Assembly: GCA_964016885.1 (NCBI GenBank)
Contig: OZ024740.1
Span: 4,526,001 to 4,590,000 of the forward strand
Length of the DNA stretch: 64,000 nt
Direction of reading: 5' to 3'
Source of the DNA: Eledone cirrhosa
Taxonomy: Eukaryota
This document shows, in pieces, positions 14,816 to 23,610 of the stretch. Below the pieces are notes generated by a model. It made no database searches and was not told where the DNA came from. It saw only the letters and a list, made by a program, of their open reading frames with translations. How positions within the stretch are numbered: the stretch's first letter is position 1; each line of letters opens with the position of its first letter. The position numbers and the translations under genes were made by a program.

Positions 14816-14983
14816 CCAGGTTCTGCTGCACGTTGGGCTGAGGGGACCAAACTCCTCAAATACCGGTCGCTCTCTGACAGGTTTGTGGTCGTACCGCTGG
14901 CAGTGGAGACTTCTGGTGTCCTCGGCCCCAGGGCTACCTCCTTACTCACCACCATAGGCACTGAGCTGGCAGCACACAAATAA
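14816..14983 (+). pseudogene. Restriction-like endonuclease fragment of a CRE/R2-group non-LTR retrotransposon
   Basis: Manual translation PGSAARWAEGTKLLKYRSLSDRFVVVPLAVETSGVLGPRATSLLTTIGTELA matches the AA..AE..K..KY / F.P.A.ET.G..G..A pattern of RLE domains. Confidence 0.75.
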
Positions 14984-15149
14984 ACATACATATCTCTACT
15001 TTCTTTATTTCAATAGAAAGTCTGAATTCTGACACCCCAGTGAACCAGCCATATTCACTGAACCAGAACAATTCTCCCCATCCCATTTCTTTTGACCATT
15101 ATATTTTGTTTGTCATAAAATTCTATAAAAGGCTACAAAATAAATTCCC

Positions 15150-15492
15150 AAATACGGGCGCGAAATTTAATGAACTTATTCACGTGACAATCATAATTTC
15201 ATTTATAACCAATCAAATTACATTTATTAAAAAAAGCCTTCGTGAGCCACTTTTTTTAAAGTAAAAAGAAATTCAAACAAACTGGCGCGAAAGCTGATGT
15301 GCTTATTCACGTGACTGCATCAACCAACCAAACTTCACTCATATATGAAAAAACAACCTGAGCCCCCCCCCCCCTTTGTTTGAAGAACTGTGTAACGCGA
15401 ACTGGCGCGAAATTTATTATACTTATTGACCAACCAATCAAATTAGTTCTCTAAAAATCTGGCGTTTCGAGCCACTTTTTTCCATATAAAAC
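15150..15492 (+). promoter_or_regulatory. Candidate promoter: three ~125-bp modules with E2F, E-box and CCAAT motifs plus a TATA-like box
   Basis: GGCGCGAAA at ~15157, 15284, 15404; CACGTGAC at 15181 and 15308; AACCAATCA (or variant) at ~15207, 15322, 15432; TATAAAA at ~15485. Confidence 0.45.
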
Positions 15493-15773
15493 AAGTAACA
15501 TTCAAAGACCAACCAGATGTGAGAAAAACCACAGACCCTCCATCTCAACTCTACTTTTGAAAAGGAGAAGAACTGCGAAATCGGTAAAGGAACCAAATAA
15601 ATATATATATTTTTTAAATAAGACTCCAGTTGCATTTTCGATTTCATCTTTTTTCTTTATACTTTCACTCGTGTAGGACACCTGGGTTATTTTTCATTTT
15701 GTAAAAAAACCTCACTTTCTAATATATATATATACAATCACACACTCACACATGCACACATACACACACACAT

Positions 15774-15818
<45 letters not shown>

Positions 15819-16689
15819 TACACATATATATAGAGAGAAACCAAATACAAATTTCTTAGAAATATTCCTAAGCCTAATTAAATTCTCTTCCTCTGCAACC
15901 CCCACCAGGATAATGGTACCTTACCATTTTTTGAAGAATCACAGAATATTGTTGTTAGGGAAATTTCTGTTGGAAGCAAGTTAATGGTGGGACCAACGGA
16001 ATGGAGAATGTTGACAAGTCTCCAATCTTCAAATAAATGTCACAGCATCCTTCACAATTATTCCAGTGTCACTCTGATATTATGGGAACACACAACTATG
16101 TTCTGCCAGTCGGTAGAGTGTTTGCCAATATATTCCCAGATTTGCTGCCAATATCAAAGTATTTGTTAGAACTTTTGATCAGCTTTGCTGGAGATATTAC
16201 ACTTATTTCTTCAACAAAACTAATAACAGAAATATTTACCATACACAAACATACATATATACACATACACACATATATACACAAACACACATATATACAC
16301 ACACATACATATATACACAAACATACATATATACACAAACATACATATATACACATACATACATATATACACATACACACATATATACACATACATACAT
16401 ATATACACACATACATATATACACAAACATACATATATACACTATTATGGGGACATGTACACATATACATATATACACATACATGGGGACCTGTACACAT
16501 ATATATATATACACATACATGGGGACATGTACACACATATATGGGGACATGTAAACATATATGTCTACATATACACACATATATACATACACATACATAT
16601 ATACACATACATACATATATACACACATACATATATACACATGATGGTTGCCCCCTCGTTATCGAGTATGGCCTTTGCACGATATACCA

Positions 16690-16884
16690 TTATTAATAAT
16701 TGTTTCTACCTTTGGCACAAGGCTAACAACCACCCAGCGCATTACCAGTACTCCACCTCACCGTCTCCGCAAGGATGAAAGGCAAAGTTAACCTCGGCGG
16801 GATTTGAACTCAGAATGGCAAGGGCCGTAACTCCATGCGTCAAAGCATGGCGTCCGACCCTCTACCGATACTGCCAATCTACCA
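16690..16884 (-). mobile_element. Full SINE copy (family of 13433-13626), hypermutated in its 3' half
   Basis: Reverse complement aligns by eye along the whole 13440-13625 copy. Confidence 0.85.
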
Positions 16885-16982
16885 TTGCCTTTCATCCCCA
16901 CGGGGTCGACAAAACAAAGCACCAGTAATGCACCGGGCAATTGCCGGCCCTGTGCCCAACGCAGAAACAATCATTAATAATT
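16885..16982 (+). mobile_element. 3' half of the same SINE, inverted relative to its neighbour, hypermutated
   Basis: Aligns to ~13534-13625 with about 11 T>C changes. Confidence 0.85.
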
Positions 16983-17907
16983 ATTAATTAATTCTATCGT
17001 GCAATGCCTGTGCGTGAAGATATTTTTTAAAGTGAGGAAAGACTGTGCACTGAGCCAATCCCACTCTCTGAGCGACAGTAGCTATAACACGAAAAGAAGA
17101 AAAGATCAACAGCATCGGTAACTACTGAGCCGCAGGTTTTATATCAGAGTTATCCCAGTCTCCTGAGTTACCTTCTCCTAGAAGAATGCCCTGACAAAGG
17201 CTAGGGGTCCTTCACTCCCAGTGGTTTAACCACACAATCGGGTGTCCAGCCCGATTATTTCTATGTCCCCGCGCATATACATACACATTCACCCATGCAT
17301 ATACACATATACATATACATACATATTTACATGTGTGTATACATATTTACACACTTTTGGACGGCCATTGACTCTTATGAGTTCTTCCGCCCTTTGTCAG
17401 GTTTTGTTTTTTGTCCTGCAGGGTGTCCAAAATCACCCTCCTCACCAAGTAAACTTGGTGGGGTTGCCGGTTTAGTCGCCGACGACCCGACCATGCGACA
17501 GGTTGTATATACACGTACATACATATATACACAGACATACGTATATACACATACATGGAGACATGTACATACATATATATATACATACATGGGGATATGT
17601 ACACATACATATATATATACACATACATGGGGACATACACACACATATATAAACATATATGGGGACATACACACAGGCATGCACACACACACACACATAC
17701 ATACATATGTACATACACACACATACACATGGAATGCATACACATGTATACACACATACATGTGGCCATGAACACACACACACATATGTGGACATGCAAA
17801 CACACACATACACACTGACATGGATATACACACTTAGACATACACACATCTTCACATACATTTCGACATGCACACATACACACAAGTAATGGATTTCAGT
17901 TGGTCTT

Positions 17908-18086
17908 GATGATGATGATGATGAGGTGTGGGGTATCAGTGGCGGTGGTGGTGGTGATGATGGTGATAGTGATGGTGATGGTGATGATGGTGTTAATGGT
18001 GATGATGGTGATGATGATGGTGGTGATGATGGTTATGATCACAATGATGATGATGATGATGATGATAACAATCATCATGATAGCAA
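17908..18086. repeat. (GAT/GGT)n trinucleotide tract
   Basis: Directly visible. Confidence 0.9.
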
Positions 18087-18140
18087 TGTAATTTGTATTT
18101 GTTCTCACAATACAATTCTGTTGTAATTCTTCTCTCTATT

Positions 18141-20449
18141 CATCACCAACATCATCATCATCCTCGTTTAACGTCCATCTTCCAAGCTAGCATGGGTTAG
18201 ACGGGAGTTGTCCCACTTGAGGGAAGGTTGGTCGGGTGACCATGTCTCGCTCATATAGGACTATCTGGCATGTTTGCTACGGCTGGATGCCCTTCCTAAC
18301 ACCAACCACATTTACAGTGTGGACTGGGAACATTTTACCGTGTTACCTACACAACCACATTAGAGCGTAGACTGTGTGTTTTTTGTCGTGACATCTACAC
18401 GACCTCGATCTCATTATCTCATTTATTTGGACTGGATGTTGTGGTACCAACGTTACAGAGAGAGGGTGGTGTTGGTGGGAGTGGGAGGATAGGGTAGGGG
18501 TAGTGGATCGGGGTGTATATTTGGTTAAGAGGTGCCTACTGACTTTAGGTTTCGCTTTGTAGATAGGGAAGGCGGGTCTTCTGTATTAGTGCGTAGCGCC
18601 AAAGACCTCGGTCCAGTGACATTGTCTTAGAGAGGTGTAAGTGTGCAAGGTCGGAATTTATCAGATCGTCCCAGGTTTTTCTGGGTCTAACTACTCCTTA
18701 ACCACCATCAATTTTGATCGCCCTGCACTTTTTTATACAGCTATCGTCTTTCATGTGCATCACGTGACCATACCAACGTAGTCTTCTCTCGAGTAAACAG
18801 CATCTGATCCCTCTTATTCCTAATTTCTCACTTAGTTCATTTATGCTTTGTCGTTCACGTATATTACTATTACACATCCAACGGAGCATGCATGCTTCGT
18901 TCCTCTCCAGTCTGCGCAGGTCCTCTGCACGCAATGCCCAGGTCTCAATGCCATGTAGCACTGCTGTTCGTATACAGGCATCATACAATCTGCCTTTTAT
19001 TTTTAGAGAGAAAACTTTTGTGGCCAACAGTGGTATAAACTCCCTGAACTTTTTCCATCCCGTTCTCACTCTGGCTACTGTACTTTCAGAACACCCTCCA
19101 CCACTGCTGATTTCATCACCCAGATAACGGAAGGTGTCTACTATTTCTATAGAACCATCTGGGCAATAGAAGGAGCTAGTATCCTGTGGAAACTTGATAC
19201 TTATTGCAACTGAGCATCGGCCACATATAAAGTCTACGTTCTTAGATAGTTTACCTGTGATCCCACTACATCTTTTATGTACCCATACTTTGCATTTGGG
19301 ACATAAAATGGAATTTCTGCCTACTCTTTTCTTACACACTGAGCATGGCCATTTCCCTGAGGGCACCTGTGCCCTATTTTCCTTTCTACAAACTAAAACT
19401 TTAGTCTTAGACATGTTAACTTTAAGGCCTTTTGATTCTAGGCCATGCTTCCATGTTTGGAATTTCTTCTCTAGTTCAGCCATAGATTCAGCTATGAGAG
19501 TTAGATAGGAGTTCCCATGGTCAGCCGGTCTTGAACTCCTCTGTTATAGCCTGAAGGGCAATAATAAATAGGAGGGGGCTAAGGACAGAGCCTTGATGAA
19601 CACCAACTTTTACACTAAATTGTTCACAATATTCATTGTTAATTCTAACCTTACTGACTGTTTCTTTATACATAGCTTGTATAGCTCTCACAAGCCATTC
19701 ATCTACACCTAGTTTTCTAAGAGCCCACCAGATAATGGAGCGGGGGACTCTGTCAAAGGCTTTCTCCAGGTCTACAAAAGCTAAGTAGAGGGGTTAACTT
19801 TTAGCTAGGTACTTCTCCTGTAGTTGTCGTACAAGGAAAAGAGCGTCTGTGGTACTTTTACCAGACACAAACCCAAACTGCATTTCATCTAGGTCAATTC
19901 GCTCTCTGATTAGTTGCGCTATAACTCTTTCTGTGTCCTTCATGACCTGGTCAACTAACTTAATGCCTTTGTAGTTTCCTCTATCTAGAACATCCCCTTT
20001 ACCCTTGTAGCAGTTAATGATGATGCTGCTACGCCAGTCATTTGGTATGATGCCGTTCTGTATGACTTGGTTTACTATCCGTGTGACCATCGTGTGTCCC
20101 ACCGTTCCAGATGCTTTCAGCATTTCAGCAACTATCTCCAAAGGCCCAGCTGCCTTGCCTGTCTTCATATCTTTGATTGCCTTACTTATTATACTACCTT
20201 CAATTCGCTCTCTGATTAGTTGCGCTATAACTCTTTCTGTGACCTTCATGACCTGGTCGACTAACTTAATGCCTCTATAGTTTCCCTGTCGAGAGCATCC
20301 CCTTTACCCTTGTAGCAGTTAATGATGCTGCTGCTACGCCAGTCATTTGGTATGACCCCATTCTGTATTGCTTGGTTAACTATACGAGTGACCATAGTGT
20401 GTCCCACCATTCCAGATGCCTTCAACATCTCAGCAACTATCTCCGAAGG
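18141..20449 (-). mobile_element. 5'-truncated RTE LINE with duplicated RT segment at its 5' junction
   Basis: ORFs 18698-19483, 19794-20249 and 20261-20560 match the 9036-12456 copy; small deletion in the YADD region; 20200-20449 repeats 19894-20142. Confidence 0.93.
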
Positions 20450-20477
20450 TATTATAAACATATATTCATCTCTTTTT

Positions 20478-22136
20478 AAAAAAACACCCAGTCCACACTG
20501 TAAACTGGTCATGTAGGTGTCATGACAAAAAGTACCCAGTCTACACTGTAAAGTGGTCATGTAGGTGTCACGTCAAAAATCCCCCAGCATACATTGTAAA
20601 GTGGTCATGTAGGTGTCACAACAAAAAGCACCCAGTCCACTCTGTAAAGTGGTCCTGTAGGTGTCATGATAAAAAGCACCCAGTCCACACTGTAAAGTGG
20701 TCATGTAGGTGTCACGACAAAAAGCACCCAGTCCACTCTGTAAAGTGGTCCTGTAGGTGTCATGTCAAAAATCACCCAGCATACATTGTAAAGTGGTCAT
20801 GTAGGTGTCACAACAAAAAGCACCCAGTCCACCCTTTAAAATGGTCATGTAGGTGTCACAACAAAAAGCACCCAGTCCACTCTGTAAAGTGGTCATGTAG
20901 GTGTCATGACAAAAAGCACCCAGTCCACTCTGTAAAGTGGTCATGTAGGTGTCATGACAAAAAGCACCCAGTCCACACTGTAAAGTGGTCCTGTAGGTGT
21001 CACGACAAAAAGCACCCAGTCCACTCTGTAAAGTGGTCATGTAGGTGTCATGACAAAAAGCACCCAGTCCACTCTGTAAAGTGGTCATGTAGGTGTCATG
21101 ACAAAAAGCACCCAGTCCACTCTGTAAAGTGGTCATGTAGGTGTCATGACAAAAAGCACCCAGTCCACATTGTAAAGTGGTCCTGTAGGTGTCACGACAA
21201 AAAGCACCCAGTCCACTCTGTAAAGTGGTCATGTAGGTGTCATGACAAAAAGCACCCAGTCCACCCTTTAAAATGGTCATGTAGGTGTCATAACAAAAAG
21301 CACCCAGTCCACTCTGTAAAGTGGTCCTGTAGGTGTCACGACAAAAAGCACCCAGTCCACTCTGTAAAGTGGTCCTGTAGGTGTCATGACAAAAAGCACC
21401 CAGTCCACTCTGTAAAGTGGTCCTGTAGGTGTCACGACAAAAAGCACCCAGTCCACTCTGTAAAGTGGTCCTGTAGGTGTCACGACAAAAAGCACCCAGT
21501 CCACTCTGTAAAGTGGTCCTGTAGGTGTCACGACAAAAAGCACCCAGTCCACTCTGTAAAGTGGTCCTGTAGGTGTCACGACAAAAAGCACCCAGTCCAC
21601 TCTGTAAAGTGGTCCTGTAGGTGTCACGACAAAAAGCACCCAGTCCACTCTGTAAAGTGGTCCTGTAGGTGTCACGACAAAAAGCACCCAGTCCACTCTG
21701 TAAAGTGGTCCTGTAGGTGTCACGACAAAAAGCACCCAGTCCACTCTGTAAAGTGGTCCTGTAGGTGTCACGACAAAAAGCACCCAGTCCACTCTGTAAA
21801 GTGGTCCTGTAGGTGTCACGACAAAAAGCACCCAGTCCACTCTGTAAAGTGGTCCTGTAGGTGTCACGACAAAAAGCACCCAGTCCACTCTGTAAAGTGG
21901 TCCTGTAGGTGTCACGACAAAAAGCACCCAGTCCACTCTGTAAAGTGGTCCTGTAGGTGTCACGACAAAAAGCACCCAGTCCACTCTGTAAAGTGGTCCT
22001 GTAGGTGTCACGACAAAAAGCACCCAGTCCACTCTGTAAAGTGGTCCTGTAGGTGTCACGACAAAAAGCACCCAGTCCACTCTGTAAAGTGGTCCTGTAG
22101 GTGTCACGACAAAAAGCACCCAGTCCACTCTGTAAA
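20478..22136 (+). repeat. 40-bp minisatellite, ~41 copies, derived from RTE 3' UTR
   Basis: Unit AAAAAGCACCCAGTCCACTCTGTAAAGTGGTCCTGTAGGTGTCACGAC is 48 nt as written. Confidence 0.5.
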
Positions 22137-22260
22137 CCAGCTGTAGAAATCTAGCCAGAAACAGTTCTATATGAGCAAGACACGGCCACCTGACCCAACT
22201 TACATCTAATGGGACAACCTGTCTAACCCATGCTAGTGTGGAAAATAGATGTTAAATGAA
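22137..22260 (+). mobile_element. RTE 3' UTR terminal segment
   Basis: CCAGCTGTAGAAATC..GCCAGA...GTCTAACCCATGCTAGTGTGGAAAATAGATGTTAAA matches 7801-7925 and 12318-12430. Confidence 0.8.
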
Positions 22261-23236
22261 GATGGTGATGGTGGTGATGGTGATGGTGATGATGGTGGTA
22301 ATGATGATGATGGTGGTAATGATGATGATGATGGTGGTAATGATGATGATGATGATGATGGTGATGATGGTGATGGTGATGGTGATGATGAAGATGATGG
22401 TGATGATGATGATGATGATGATGGTGATGGTGATGGTGATGGTGATGATGATGATGGTGGTAATGATGATGATGGTGGTGATGATGATGATGGTGGTAAT
22501 GATGGTGATGATGATGATGATGATGAAGATGATGGTGATGATGATGATGATGATGATGATGGTGATGGTGGTGATGATGGTGATGGTGATGATGGTGATG
22601 GTGGTGATGATGGTGATGATGGTGATGGTGATGATGGTGGTGATGGTGATGGTGGTGATGGTGATGGTGATGGTGATGATGGTGATGGTGATGATGGTGG
22701 TGATGGTGATGGTGGTGATGGTGATGGTGATGGTGATGATGGTGATGGTGATGGTGGTGATGGTGATGGTGATGGTGATGATGGTGATGGTGATGATGGT
22801 GGTGATGGTGATGGTGGTGATGGTGATGGTGATGGTGATGATGATGGTGATGGTGATGGTGGTGGTGGTGATGGTGATGGTGATGGTGATGGTGATGATG
22901 GTGGTGGTGATGGTGATGGTGGGGGTGATGATGGTGATGATGATGGTGGTGGTGGTGATGGTGGTGATGGTGATGGTGGTGATGGTGATGGTGATGGTGA
23001 TGATGGTGATGGTGGTGATGGTGATGGTGGTGGTGATGGTGGTGATGGTGATGGTGATGATGATGGTGATGATGATGGTGGTGGTGGTGATGGTGGTGAT
23101 GGTGATGGTGATGATGATGGTGATGACGATGATGGTGATGATGATGGTGGTGGTGGTGATGATGGTGATGATGATGGTGGTGATTATGATGATGACGATG
23201 ATGATTATGATCACCACAACAATGATAATAATGATA
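22258..23236 (+). repeat. ~1-kb (GAT/GGT)n tract, expanded RTE 3' tail
   Basis: Begins exactly where RTE copies start their (GAT)n tail. Confidence 0.9.
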
Positions 23237-23610
23237 TTACACAGAACCAAAATAGATTCTAGTCTTGTAGCAGGTAGCAAAACATTCCTTGACCGTTCTT
23301 TCAGCGTCATTGACAGAGAACCAAATAGATTGATTCGTAATTTTAAGACCAGTTTGGAATACAAATGACGTTCAAAAATAGCCATGTTATTATAATTATG
23401 TACAAACAATTGATTAACATTTTGATAAATTTAACTTTATTTCTAGTTTTACATTTTCAAATTTTATGTTTGTTTCTATTAATTTTAACTGTTTATCTGC
23501 TGGTTTATAAATGTTGCAGTCTTTTTATATATATATTTCTTAGATATTTTTGATTAAATATGAATTTAGGTATTTGGATAGTTGCGTATTGTTTTGGTTT
23601 TTTTTGTATA

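Noticed and set aside
17440-17506. HDV-like ribozyme on the minus strand
   Set aside because: Only P3- and P4-like hairpins are visible; P1/P2 cannot be formed because the sequence is truncated by microsatellite.
20765-22128. ORFs with periodic peptides (DWVLFVVTPTGPLYRV)n
   Set aside because: By-product of a stop-free tandem unit derived from a LINE 3' UTR.
20478-22136. A 40-bp period (~41 copies) for the RTE-derived minisatellite, as named in the summary and feature call
   Set aside because: Recounting gives a 48-nt unit (AAAAAGCACCC at 21296 and 21344; 16-aa periodic translation), so about 34 copies. The 48-bp value in the finding is the correct one.
22249-23262. Asp/Gly-rich 337-aa ORF resembling an acidic biomineralisation protein
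   Set aside because: Open in several frames and begins exactly at the RTE tail position; it is an expanded trinucleotide tail.
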